NCBI GenBank assembly: GCA_030704615.1
Contig: CM060733.1
Span: forward strand, 51,956,001 to 52,020,000
Length of the DNA stretch: 64,000 nucleotides
Direction: 5' to 3'
Origin: Takakia lepidozioides
Lineage: Eukaryota; Plantae; Bryophyta
Positions 50,691 through 63,413 of this stretch are shown one piece after another (positions within the stretch are counted from its first letter, which is position 1; every line of letters starts with the position of its first letter). Both the position numbers and the translations under genes were made by a program. Below the pieces are notes generated by a model that saw only the letters and a list, made by a program, of their open reading frames with translations, searched no databases and had not been told where the DNA came from.

Positions 50691-50939
50691 AGCCCCGGTT
50701 ATCATCGTCACGTCTGTCCGTCAGCGTTAGGTCACTTGATGCTGACGGGACCTACGTCACGTCAAGTTTAGGCAATATACCTGTAAAACAAAATATAGGT
50801 AAAATAATGCCACTTAAGCAGCCACATCGCCAACGCGGTGGTGGTGGCAGATAAATAATGGAAAAGCAAAAATAAAGTGCAACTGCCAAAATTGGTAAAT
50901 TTTTGAAAATGTCGCTTTTTATTTTGTTTTTTTATATAA

Positions 50940-51310
50940 AAGAGGCGACCGCAGGATTGGCGGTCGTTTTTTTTTTCCAAAATAAAAAAATAAAGTGACC
51001 TCCATATTGGCGGTCGCTTTATATTTCGAAATAAACAAATAGAAGCGACCGTAATATGGCGGTCGTTTTCATTTTAAGAAATACAAAAATAATAAAAACG
51101 ATCGCCAATATGGCGGTCGCTTTTACTTTAGAAAATAAAGAAAATAAAGCGACCGTATGGCGGTCACTGAATTAAAATAAAATAAAAGTTAAAGCGACCG
51201 CTGTGATTGGCGGTCGCTTCAACATTAAATAATTTTAGAAAATAACTAAATACAAGCGACCGCGAATATGGCGGTCGCTGAATTTAAAAAAACTAAAAGT
51301 TAAAGCGATT
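50940..51310. repeat. Array of ~7 hairpin motifs AAGCGACCGC-n-GGCGGTCGCTT with A/T-rich spacers (~50-bp period), probable DNA-transposon subterminal region
   Basis: Copies at ~50944, 50995, 51043, 51096, 51147, 51192, 51254. Confidence 0.8.
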
Positions 51311-51463
51311 GTAAAGTAAAAATGGGGGCCCTGTTTCACACCCACCAGGATAAATCTCATATTTCCCTCTTGATTATACCACCCGTCAATCTTAGTTTCG
51401 GTGCTACATGAAGCCGTAGTGGAAGCAGGAAAACATCATGACACCTAAACTAGACCTAGTAAC

Positions 51464-52102
51464 AGGGATTGTTTTTCCATGAGCGGTGAGCAGACCGGCC
51501 ATGAGCATGAGCAGAAGAGAATCGGAGGGGTATATTCACATATCCGGCAGAATTACACACTACACTGCCTAATTCCGCGGGGAGTAAATGGTAAGGGTGT
51601 GGGGATAAATGGGCATCGAATGGAGTGGAGTCTATGGACTAGAGGTAAGTCGGCGCCGATCTGTGTCATTATGGTTGGGAGGTAAGTCGGCACCGATTTA
51701 GGTTTTTTTTTTTTTTCCCCTAAAATTGGGGTAATTGATACAAATCGGCGCCGACTTACCTCTTCGATCTTCGAGTGAAAACGGCCAACAAAATCGGGGT
51801 AATTGATACAAATCAGCATCGACTTAGCTCTTCATGTGAAAACGGACAGTGATAATTCTAATTTCCTTTATTGTTTGTTCCGCGGAAATAGAAACATGGC
51901 ATATTACCGCGGGTCCATATTCGCCGCCGACTTCCCATAATTGGACCTTCTGGTTGTCCGCATTGATCCACCATTTTCGTGCAAATAACTGTGGAATGGA
52001 CTCAAAATTGCCTCAAAATTGTGCCATTTGAGACTTTGTTCATGCTTAATTCTGCTCATGCTCATGCTTAGCTGTGCTCATCGCTTATGGAGTTTACGGA
52101 CC
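51464..52102. mobile_element. Complete non-autonomous MULE/MITE related to the GCM-MULE
   Basis: 9-bp TSD CCTAGTAAC at 51455-51463 and 52103-52111. TIRs gggattgtttttccatgagcggtgagca / rc gggtccgtaaactccataagcgatgagca, with CATGAGC repeats. Internal palindromes such as aaatcggcgccgactt. Confidence 0.85.
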
Positions 52103-52109
52103 CCTAGTA

Positions 52110-53880
52110 ACTTGTCACTTGCAATTTCAATGGTTCGTTTCGTTCTCCGTTATTAGCCCATTGTTTAGAGAAGATATCGAGACCCACTGACCGTGGGCTT
52201 GCGCGGCCCGGGGCACTTGCACTTCGTCAATTTGTTCTTACGGTTCACCATGTCAGCGTTCGGATGGTCACACAATTGCTTCACTGGTTCTAGAGTTGTT
52301 GCGTTCAACTTTCTAACTCGGCAGTTTGCCATCTGATCTATGATCAGCCATGCCATAAATGATTGACTCTGTCTGCTAAGTCCTTGGTTACCCTCTCGTA
52401 AGCCCCGATCGCCTGTAATGATCCTTCCTAGTGGGCCTGTGCGGCTATGCTATAAAGTTGCTCTCAATGCGGTGACCCCTGATATGGAGCCCCCGTGATT
52501 CATAATGCAGAACTCACGATTCACTCACTGATATGATGACTTAGTGCTACAAATACAAATACAAGCCCGTCTCCAAAGTGTTACGATCCTCCTTTATATC
52601 ACGATAAAGATACCCGACATGCTACTCAGATTCTCTGTTACTCCAGAATGGATCCAAGTCCGCGTATGTATTACTGCGCCGTTACTGAACTACAATACTC
52701 ATCTCCTCTCTGATCTCCTACTAAGTCCTTGCTATCAGCGTCCATCATGACCGGTCTACCATCCTCGGCTCTTCTCTCAGAGTGTCCACAATTAGAACTA
52801 CTGTCAAAATAAGAACTTCATTGTCATATTGCTTACTGGCCCTGTACCCTCAAAAGCTGGTAGATTAGCCCTTCACATGGGGCTGCTCCACTATGATCAC
52901 CGCTCAACTCCACATTACCCGTACCAAGTGTACCTCCCTTCTATGTGTTTAATACATGGCCACGTGGTGTCTAATAAAGGCTTGGTAATATCCTTAAGCC
53001 TAAAACGTAATTGCTAAAATCTGCTTAGTCATGTACCCTGTTGATTCAAGGCGGCGCCCCTCCAGCCGTTGATTGGCATTGCATCAAGCCTTGCATGTCG
53101 CCATCTCCTCGGCATTCATCCTGCTCCGTCGCTCATTCATCCATAACCTCATCCGCGATCCTTCGTGAAAACACTTGCTCTGCTCCCACCGATGAACACC
53201 TCTTGATGCTGACTGTTCATAATCCGTTCATCTTCCCATCGCAATGAAGCACTTTTGGAAGGTCAACTTCATCCATCCTCACCATACCCTTTATCCGTAC
53301 ATGGCCTTCGCACATTCCCATGCACATCCCCACTAACTTCATCCTACTTTCTTCCGTCCATTATTCATTTGATAAACCCCTAGGGTTTTATTGGCACCGG
53401 TTTTCCCTTTACAGCTGTAAAGTACTCCATTTTTTTTAGAGTGAAAGTCCATTTTCACCAAGTCAGCATACTCACTTTACTGATGCACTAGCTTGAGGTC
53501 CCCTCATGATCGCATCCATCGTTTCTTAGCTGCATCCTCGATCATGCATATTTGATCAACTCCTCCATGGCCTCAGTGTGCGATTTGTCCTTGTAGCCTT
53601 GGAATGTATATGACCCTTCCTACGCTAACTCGATTCCTTTGCGTTTTCTTGGCCTGAGCATCATAACGAGCTGCCCCTCCTTCAGTGATTCCATGTTTGA
53701 GTTATTGGTTCTACACGCGGCATAACTCTCATGTTGTTCTTTCTGCGCCTTGAGAACATTTTCATGCATGGATACGTCGATTTGGGCCAAAAGTTCAACC
53801 TTTTCCTTCATCATGGTGTTGATGGCCTCTTTGCTGTCTCGCAAGTCGACTAGTTCTGTGACTCTCTGTAGATGCATATA
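52110..53880 (-). mobile_element. Gypsy-type LTR retrotransposon remnant: integrase tail, LTR-like segment, PBS-like motif
   Basis: ENVLKAQKEQHESY...LKEGQLVMM..PRK...EGSYTFQGY at 53480-53880. Minus strand reads ...TGACA then TGGTGAACCG at 52250. TATA-like gatataaa near 52595. Confidence 0.55.
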
Positions 53881-54451
53881 ATGGTATATTTTTATTTTCA
53901 GATCGTTTTTTTATCTCAAGACAAACAGTTTAGGCATTGTACTGCCAAAACGGGGCAGTTTGTTAGTTACTTGGGAATCGTTGATAAAACACTTAGGAAC
54001 GTAGTTAGTGTCTGCGACGACCATGGAGATGAGCTCTGACATCAAGATGACCATAGGAAGCTGCATCGACAACAGGATAGGTACCAAATTGATACTGGTA
54101 ACGGCAAGGTGAACCTGTTCGGACATACAAGGCGGCTGTTTAAGTCTCGGATTGCGATCTCTCTGTTCTCACGTCTTTCAAATCCAGTAGGAACACACAG
54201 CAAGGATGCTTGGCAATTGGAAGAAACAAACGTGTACAATGATGAGATACGTGACAAAGCAAAATGCTGCATCGGAGCAAACGGCGGGTTAGTAGCTTCA
54301 CGGGAAGTTTTGACTCCCCAACAATGTGAAGCGAGTACGAAAAGAATCCAGGAAGATCTGTGACCCAGTGGCACGGCCAAAGACCCCCAGGGGCACCATC
54401 AGTAATTTATTTCCCAAGAAGGAGCAACTTCCTGGATGATGAAAGCATGGA

Positions 54452-54820
54452 GACCAGTCGTCGGTCGCCGGTCGCCCTAGAGATTTGCATCCCTAGGGTC
54501 GACCGGTCGGTTTTTCATCCCTGATCACCCTAGAAATTTGGAGGCTTCTATGGGGTGCCTAATTGTAAATTTTCACCAAGTTTGGTGATTTATGGAGGAG
54601 ATGAGTGACGACATCAAATTATCGAGCCGAATGCACTCACAAAAGCCGGTTATTTGAGTTTTTGCTTCATGGATGGATGAAAAATCCTAAGTTCGCCCTA
54701 AGGAGCTGGATGGATGAAACTAGCGGCAGTTAGTCAACTAGTGCCAATTAGCATCCAATGGATGGATGAGAAAAAAGATATATCATTTGCCTCCAAGGTT
54801 TTCCATCCAAGTTTTAGTTT
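54452..54820. mobile_element. hAT-like transposon end with GGATGA/TCATCC and GTCGCC motifs
   Basis: cagtcgtcggtcgccggtcgcc start; repeated ggatga; similarity to 42225-42600. Confidence 0.4.
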
Positions 54821-55485
54821 ATTTCAATCTATAGATTTTAAATGATAACCTCCTCAAGTATATACTAGTTTAAGACTATCCTACATTAATTTAAGAGGAC
54901 CAAAAACAGTATAAAAGAAGAACAAGCTTTCCTTGTTCTTCACCTAGTTCCATTGCATAGTTTCCCTCTTGCTTGATGTATTGTTGCTTTGCTAGTTTTT
55001 GCTTGAGGAGGCCTAGGTCCTAGGGAGTGGAGCTTGAAGCTCCCTAGTGTAGGAAGTGTGTTAGAGAGCTAAGGCAAGGAGCTTAGTTCATTGTTGGCCT
55101 TGAGGCCCTTTTGAATTTATCAAGGAGATTGTGCAAATTCATGTGGAGAGGAAGACTTGGAGACGAGTAGGGAACGCTGGTTTGGACCTAGTGACGAGTA
55201 CCGCAGAAGGACCGCACAGAGTACCATTTCACGAGTCATTAGAGCATCACAAGCACCTCGCGCATTGGAAGGTTGACACACTACTCACTTGTCATTTATG
55301 CATTTGAATTATTGATTTGTTCCAAGCCATGACTTGAAGATTGAAAATTGCTTGACAAAATAGCCCTCTTGATTTGCACTATGAGTGTACTATGATTTGA
55401 AGGTTGCATTTGATGTGGGAAGACCCATGATATGATTTGCCAAAGGGCTTTGGCACCACTACAAGTGGAATGAAGCATTGAGTAT

Positions 55486-57036
55486 TTGTTCATTTTTAAG
55501 AGAGTGAACTTGATTTTTGGGAGGGGAGAGAAGCTTGTGAATGTTTTTTGTTTGCTGGATACAGTTTCACCTTATACCTACGTATCTTCTACGACGTTGT
55601 CTGCATTTGGTGTTAAGGAAGACCAGTGTATGGCAGGAAGTCTCGATTGTCTCGAGTTTACAGTACATGGTTGCCATGGTTGCAAGATGTATGTTTTTAG
55701 GTCGCACAAGCACTTTTCCGATGTTAATGTGATTGGCTCCGATTTCATGAAATGGGCACATGTTGTCTTGCTTGTGGATTACAAGCATAGGTTGGTTGAG
55801 TTGTCACTACAGGAAAAGGGGGGGGGGGTTTGCGACGCCGTGGCCACGCCGCAACGTCGTAAAACAGCCCTTTTCGGGCAGGGGGAAAAACCCAAATTTG
55901 CGATGCCTGGGCGTCGCACGCCCGTCACAAGGGCGTCGCCAGAAAACGTCGCAAATTTGAGACCAATGGGGGTCGCAAATAGGCGAAACCGCGATTTGCG
56001 ATGCCCAGACGTCGGAAAGAAAAAAAAACCTACTCTGCAATGCAGAATTAGCACTGTCCGTGGGTCGCAAAGTGCGACGCCCAGACGTCACAATTTAAGG
56101 GGGTACATTTGAATTTAGGCGGGAAAATTTAAATTTGAAATTTGAATTTCAAAAACTTGTTGACCATTGACTCCGGTTCTCTCTAATGACGATATGTTCA
56201 TTACATACATCATGCAATGCAATGCATACTTGAACCTAAGACCTCCACGTTGTAACATTTCTAAGACACTACAAACTAACCAACACACCTATGCTACATC
56301 TATGTATCACAAAAGCAATCTAAATAAATATATACACATATAAAGATTTCCTTCAAGAGCCTTCAAGTTCCTTCTAAGGGGGTCTCTCTTGTGACGCCGG
56401 GGAGTTGCAACCTCCACAGCCTTAGTGCCCAGCCCTAGCCCAAGCCCCAGCCCCAACATCGTCGTCATTGTTGCACCCCCCCACCGCCAGACGCCCTAAG
56501 CGACGTCCTTGTGATGACCTAAGCTGACCACAACACCATTGCGACCCCTGGCGTCGCAACATTGGGCGTCCCAGCGCGGGCGCCCCCAACGACGCTTTTG
56601 TGAAGTTGAGGGCCGCAAAGTCCAAAAAAAACAGAGAAAACAAACTCCCACTATGGTAATGCTGTTGCGACGCCCTGGCGTCGCAGAGGCGCCCTTAGTG
56701 ACGCTTTTGCGATGCCGAGGCGTCGCAACGTCCCAAAAAATAATAATAAAAAAAAATTGGATTTCCGACGCCGGGGCGTCGCAAGAAATAAAAACCGTCG
56801 AAGCGAGGGCCATCTTTCCCCCTTCATGCCACCTTACGACAGCTGGGCGTCGTAATGGTGTCGCAGCGGGGGATTGCGACGCCGGGGCGTCGCAAACAAA
56901 CGCCGTGGGCTCGGCGTCGCAGGCTCAACGCCGTGCGGGGCGTGGGCGCGCAGCTGGCATCGCAAACCCCCCCCCCCCCCCATTTGCTGTAGTGTGTCCA
57001 AGAATGAGAAGATGTGAAAGATGGCAGGAAAGATGA
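55486..57036 (+). pseudogene. Retropepsin-like (clan AA) aspartyl protease-like ORF interrupted by a CACTA insertion
   Basis: VNVFCLLDTVSPYTYVS...HFSDVNVIGSDFM...LLVDY has the hhhDT.S..T and hGxDFh motifs. Removing 55805-56994 and one TGT restores ...VELCPRMRRCERWQER*. Confidence 0.6.
55805..56994. mobile_element. Complete non-autonomous CACTA element (1190 bp)
   Basis: TIRs CACTACAGGAAA / TTTGCTGTAGTG; 3-bp TSD TGT on both sides; GCGAC/GTCGC subterminal repeats at both ends. Confidence 0.95.
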
Positions 57037-58299
57037 CAGGATCGTGTACATGACATGATAGTGTGATAGTATTGATGGCTATCATGTGCTATTTCCATCG
57101 ATGGTCTATTTAGACCCTGAAATGGTTTACAGGAAGTTTCAGATTTGTTGTCGTCGTCATGTACGGAATGTAGATTGTAGGTTACCGTGAAACCTGTCTT
57201 AGGGCACAGCGTTAGGGTTTCCCACTGTACACGGGAATATCTTATGTGCTTGCATTTGGAGAGCAAGAGCTGCGCGACAGAGGTTAGAACTTACATTTGT
57301 GCTCTTTTGAGCCAAGCCAGTATAGCTGATCATTTGTCTCCACAAGAATCATGTTGCTGTTGTACTTGCACAACTTTCGTCTCAAAGTTAGTGATGATGA
57401 AGTTCTAGGCTTGTTTCTCAAGGTGCGTGCTGGTCTATGAATGTGACATCTCTGCCATACAGGTTGCAGCTAGAACAAGTAAGTGGAGCATTAAGGATGT
57501 GTATACTGTTGATGAGCATATCGCTTACCGCATTTCGGACAATACTATAAGTCATGCGTTTGTAGTGTAAATGTCTTATGTGAAGATACAAAAGTAGAGG
57601 ATGGGATGTCACCACCTATTTTCGTTAGTTAATCTTCACAAACTGATGGACTCTCAATACGCAAGCGCTGTGAATGTGTCACTGTTTTAGACAGACTCGG
57701 GCAGGTTTTTCCCCATCATCTTGGTTTGTGTCAAGCATGGACTACAAATTTTGGAAGGAAAGTAGTTAAAATGTCTTCTACCATATCGTGTCGCACTGTG
57801 ATTACCTACTGAAATTTGTGCTTTTGGTCTTTGGCAATGTTGTAGTTACAAAATTATAATCAGCCAGTAGTGCGCTTCGACAAGCGCGGTGTTTTCTTTA
57901 TCATCTGTTCATTCTTTTGTGTTTTGCAATCTGTACGTGGACGTGAAGATGAAATCAATGTGAGTGACAACAGCCTTTAGGCTCCTTGTGAGAGCATTCC
58001 AATTCAGTTTGTATTCCCTGATCGTCCACTTTAAGAACTTCCATGAAGAAATAGGCCAATGGTTTTGACTGTGGGGCTATGATTATCTTACATGTCGTGA
58101 GGTTTGTTGCGATGTGCCTTGTGCACCCTGGGCAAATATAAAAAATCACTTTTTCCACTGAGCGCAATGTTGGTGTCATAACATACAAGGAGGGGAAAAT
58201 TCATGAGCTCCATCTTAACCTCCAAATGAAATAATGATGTTTTCATGACACAAGATTTATGAGGTCTGAAGTCTGAACCGTTCACCTGTTGCCGGGCCC

Positions 58300-61200
58300 G
58301 CCCGCTCCTCACACACCAGCCTTCAGCGTGATAATGGTGGGCCCTTCTCTGCCACACAAGATAACCCTAGACGCTAGGGTGGTCAGCCCCCTTACACTAG
58401 GCACATCCGCCAGAGCCATGGTACAGCCAGGGGCAATATTGGTGGTGGGCCCTGTCCCTCCTTTCAAGACAATCCTAGGAGTAGTAGAAATGGGGCCAAG
58501 AGTAGTGCTACACCCTCCCACTCCGGTCAGAGCAGCCCTCATCCACGGAGGAGAGGAAGTGTTGCTAATGGTGAACCCTCCCACTCTACCCAAGGTCACA
58601 GCTCTACATGAATGATACTCGACAACCCCAAACGAGGCACAACAACTCCAAATCAAGGGGCCAGTGGCCCTTCCCCAATTCGCCTTTCAGGTACACGGCG
58701 GCCTCCCACAGAGCTTACCTCTCCACCTGGCTCGCCACCTCCTTCTAGACAGCGGACAGGTTCACTTGATTAGACCGCCCGTTCTTTTGCTCCATCTTAT
58801 CTCCCACCACCAGCACCACCATCTTCTCCACCAGACCGAGTGCCTTGTCCAGGTTGTGGTCGAATGTTTGCCCGTATCAGGGGGCTTGCGTGTCATCGGC
58901 ACACGTGTTCTACACTCAATCAGTCTTCTTCGGACAGTCATTTGCCTACCCCGTTAGTAGCTCCTTTTGCCCAGGCATGGCTTTGGATTGCGACCCTTGA
59001 TGTTGTGGGAGCATTTCATTTGGGTTTGCCCCGTCCCCGGCTCTATACATGCATCCCAATGGCGCTTTGCAGAGAGGTACAACATGCTTTTTGCTTACCC
59101 TTGGACCGCCTTGCTCGGGACCCTTACGACATTGCTGCTTGGCACCTTTTTCTGTTTTTTCCTCTATGGTGCCTAGTTTTGCCTCCATGTGGTGGTGAAT
59201 CCGGACATCGAGAGACGCATGCCCGTCTTCATAGATTTCTCTCTGGGGACTGGGAAACCCTTTAAGACGAACATTATCTACGTGCACAAGCACTTGCGGC
59301 GCGAATAGCTCATGATAGCCCACACCAGGCAACTCCATCCATCCACATGCGTCTTCGTCGGAGTCTTATGCTAGGCCAGGCAGGAGAGTATTCTCATGCA
59401 GCTCGAGCTCTTGCTCTTCTTACCCCAGCACTGCCTTCAGCTGATACTGTCACAGTTTTGGAGAATCTCCATCCCAGTGCGGTCGACATCCTTCCTTCCT
59501 TTGTGGAGGACTTTGAACCTGATGAGGACCTTCAATTGGATCGCGATACTTTCATACAAGCATTCACTTGTAGCCCTCATCTTGCAGCAGCCGGTCCGTC
59601 TGGTTTGGTGTATGAACACCTCCGTGACTATCTCAATCCACATGACTCTGCTAGTGGCTTTTCCCAGCTGTTCCAAGTTTGCTCTTTCATTGCGATGGGA
59701 CATATACCTACCCCAGTAGCACGTTTGCTTGGAGCAGCACGGCTCTTGGCCTTGTCTAAGAACACAGGTGGGATTCGTCCTATTGCAGTGGGGGAGGTTC
59801 TGTATCACTTGGTGAGCCGCTCTATCTGCATCCAGTTTCGGGAGGTCTTTTCTTCTCACTTTTCTCCACATCAGTTTGGGGTCGCTACTCCGGGAGGTTG
59901 TGAAGCGGTGATGCATGGGATTTGGGCTTCCCTTGACCTTCATCCAGACTGGGTCATCCTTCAGGTGGATGTGACCAACGCCTTCAACACGGTGTCCAGA
60001 TCAGCAATATTTCAAGAACTGCGATCAGCCGGCGGCGCATGCCATCAACTCATTCCCTTTGTGAGATTGTTTTATGCTTCCTCCACCCCTTTGTTTTACA
60101 GTTATCACACCCGTACCGGAGATCTTACTATAATCCAGTCCGAAGGGGCGATCCATTAGGGGGACTTCTTTTTGCTTTTGCCCACTTCCGAGCCCTTCGC
60201 TCATCTGCGCAAGCCTTCCAATCATGTATATTTCCTTCTATTGCTGATGATACCCACATCACTGGCCCTCCCACTGATATCCTTTGCTACCCAACTTCAC
60301 TCTCTTGGGCTCACTGTTGAACCTCGCAAATCCACAGTTTGGTCACCCTCTGGTCTGCCTTCAGATTTCGTGCCCCCTGTCGACTTTCTAGCACCATCTG
60401 AGGGTATTCGAGTGTTAGGTGTTCCCTTTGGTACTACCCCTTACACAACATCTTTCCTCCAAGACGCTTTGCTACATGATACAAGCTATATAGAGTTTCT
60501 TCCCAAACCAGACGATATGCAGGTATCCTATGGCATTCTCACTAAATGCTTTTTACAACGACCTTCTTATCTTTTGCGTTGTTTCCCCCCCACTCCGCAG
60601 TTTGTGGAGCTTCTGTCTTCTTTTGATACGACTGTTAGGGGATTTTTGGTCGTCTATTAGGCCCAGGTGCATTTGATAGTGAGCAGGGGCCCTTGGCATG
60701 TCGTCAGGCTACCCTCCCGATCTCTTCTGGAGGAGTGGGTTTACTATCCACAGTCGTCACTGCCCCTGCGGCCTTCCTAGGTAGTTGGGCTTTAGTCGCT
60801 CAGCTCTTTGGCATCTCGGTTTCTGTGTCAGCAACGCCCTTTTCTCATGGAGGTGGTTGCCCACATCGACAATGGCTCTTTGTCCTTCCAGCAACATCTT
60901 CGTTCAGCACGGGATTTCATCCCAACACCAGCACGGGCTTGTCTGCCACCCTTTGAACAGTTGGTCACTCAAGGTCTGGAGCATTTACATGATACCATCA
61001 TGGAACGCGTGCACCGACACTCATTTGCCAGCATGCTTTCCGACGCTCCTTCAGATGCACATCGGGCCAGACTTCTCTCGTGCGCAGGGCCCAGTGCAGG
61101 CGCGTGGCTCACGGTACGACCAACCATTGCACCCTTCCGTATGTCTTCTACTGTATTTACCACCTCCCTACGAGTTCGACTGGGTCTTCTGCATCCCTCT

Positions 61201-61990
61201 GTGTTAGGACTACAACAGTGTGTTTGTCACCATCATCTCGATTCACTCGGCGTACATCTTCTTCGTTGCCCCTGCGGTGGAGAACACACTGCGACCCATG
61301 ACGTCGTCTGGGATGCAGCAGCTGCAGTTGCTCGTGATGTTGGGATACATGTCATTCGAGAGCAGGTGCACATACTCCCATCAACCCACAATCACCATTC
61401 CACTCGACGACGGGTTGACATTGTTCTCTCACAGGACGGACTGCGTACATTGGCGGACGTTGTCATCGTTGATCCTACTAGGTCGGATCTCCTGCCCCGC
61501 ACAACCTCATCACAGGGAGTTGCCGCTTCAGGAGCTGCGTAGGGAAAGGAGCATGACTATCGGGCATGTCATTCCACAGACACATTCCTTCCTTTGGCAG
61601 TCGAGATCTTTGGTTGTTTGCATCATCAATTCAACGAGTTCCTTCGCACATGTGCCCATCGTGCAGCAGAAAACAAAAGCCTTGGAAGCCCATACGCCTC
61701 TGTTCTTGTAGCTTTCTTTAGACAACGAGTTTATGTTGCTCTGCAAAAGGCTCAAGCTCAATCTATTTTACGTTGGGCGGAGGTTGCTGGGGCGGCTTTA
61801 TCTCGCCTCCCCGCACTCTTTGATCCATCGTCTTTCCTGTTGTCAGACCTTCTTCAGGCAGTAGGTAATACTAGAATAGTTTGATTTCTTTCTTTGTGTT
61901 AATATATCTAGCTCTACGAGCTTTGGTTGTTTCCTCTTGGGGACAGTTACACCCATTTGTACAGTCATCCCACTTGGGTCTTTTTATAAA
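58300..61990 (+). mobile_element. Non-LTR retrotransposon with RT and restriction-like endonuclease (CRE-clade-like), near full length but with stops/frameshifts
   Basis: Zinc finger CPGCGRMF...LACHRHTC; RT motifs GGIRPIAVGE, QFGVATPGGCE, VDVTNAFNTVSR, GDPLG, IADD, LPISSGGVGL; REL region CVC...D..G.HLL.C..GGE...HD, RRVDIV, DVVIVDP, PLAVEIFG. ORF ends at 61884. Ends approximate. Confidence 0.88.
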
Positions 61991-62536
61991 GCTATGCAGG
62001 GATTTTAGTTAATACTCTTCCTATGCTGTCCCATGAGGAAAGAAACATGCTTATGGATGATGACTAAAGTCTGCTTGACACTTTGGTGTATGAGGCTGCA
62101 AAAATACTTTAATGTTTTGCTGACAGAAGCGTAATTAGAATTCTAAAGCCTACTGCTCAACACACAGCCCATCGAGGGGCCAATGAACGGTTGAAGGCAC
62201 ATGTTGAAGGATTGAACCCAGGATCACCAGGTTATGCAAAGGCGCTCAAGTGCTCAAGAAGGGATCCGTCGGCAGGGCAACGCTCTTTCTCCTCAAGCTG
62301 AAAAAAGAAATGTGCGGAGCTCTGTTTCTTTGTTTCTTTGGTGCTCTGATCGCTGCAGAAGGGCCACAAACTGTTGGCCAGTTTGTCTCGGGGGATTCGA
62401 TTCTACTCTGACGTCGTCTCTCTGTCTGGCTGCCACTCCAGTAAATTTTTTACTGCTTTGGGGATGTTGCTCGAAGCATATTGACTTTCATCACGCTCTG
62501 CCTGTCTTTGGCCGGTTGTTCGGTTTGTTTCTCAAG

Positions 62537-63413
62537 ATGGAATCGGGTATGAGTAGAATAGATGAAGATTTGGAAGTCAAGGCCTTACGCCGCGTCATCA
62601 GTGCCTACCTTGAGTAAGGCCTTCTTTTCTTCCCTATTTTCTGTTTCCGTTCATAGCTTAAACGTCATTTGGTTTCGTCCTTTGGTTGTGTCTTTCTCGA
62701 TTGCATTTCAGCTCGCGAATTCAATCAGAGCATCATACCTCTTAATGTTAATCAGTCGAGTCCCTCACACGCTTTGAACTTTGAACTGATTTGAAACTAG
62801 TCGTTTTCCTGCAATAATGGCAATGGTCACAGAACACATCTGGTAGTTTGTGACAGGGAGGAGTCGTAGGGCACGTTGAGGGCTCGTGCCCCTTGGAAAA
62901 TTCTCATTGGCTCACCTAATAGCTCGTAAAGCATTTTTTAGTTTTTCGTCTGACGATCGGTTTTACTGTAGGTCACAAAGTGGTGCATAGATTGAGGCTA
63001 GCGACTCTTCTCGTTCTTGTTTCACGTACCGCGTAAAGTAAGGCTTACATCATATGATCAAATTTTTGTTGCTTGTAGTAGAGAGCACAATGTCAGCAAG
63101 GCATTCTTTGTTCGGGCTGAGCTGCAGATTTGGGACCATATCCTAGGCCACTGTCTGTCCAATCTAGAGGCTCTTGTTCCTGGTGTATAATCCCGTAAAA
63201 GCTGCCTCAGCTCTATGACAACAGAAAGTCAAGGGATTGAGTATAACAGCTTCTCTAAGCTTGCATTTGTGCTCCAAAGAGGGAAAGGAGAGTGTCTATT
63301 TTCGTAGTTCATGCCGATGCTTACTGTGTGGGATGTGTAGTTATCCATCCGCAGCAGAGGAAGACATAAGGCGATGGGAGCGCTCCTATTCAAAGCTTCA
63401 TTCATCTCACAAG
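62537..63413 (+). CDS. Carnosine N-methyltransferase-like (N2227 family) gene, first two exons 62537-62613 and 63341-63413; continues beyond these
   Basis: Spliced MESGMSRIDEDLEVKALRRVISAYLDYPSAAEEDIRRWERSYSKLHSSHK matches the N-terminus of plant N2227-like methyltransferases. Phase-2 GT-AG intron. Confidence 0.85.
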
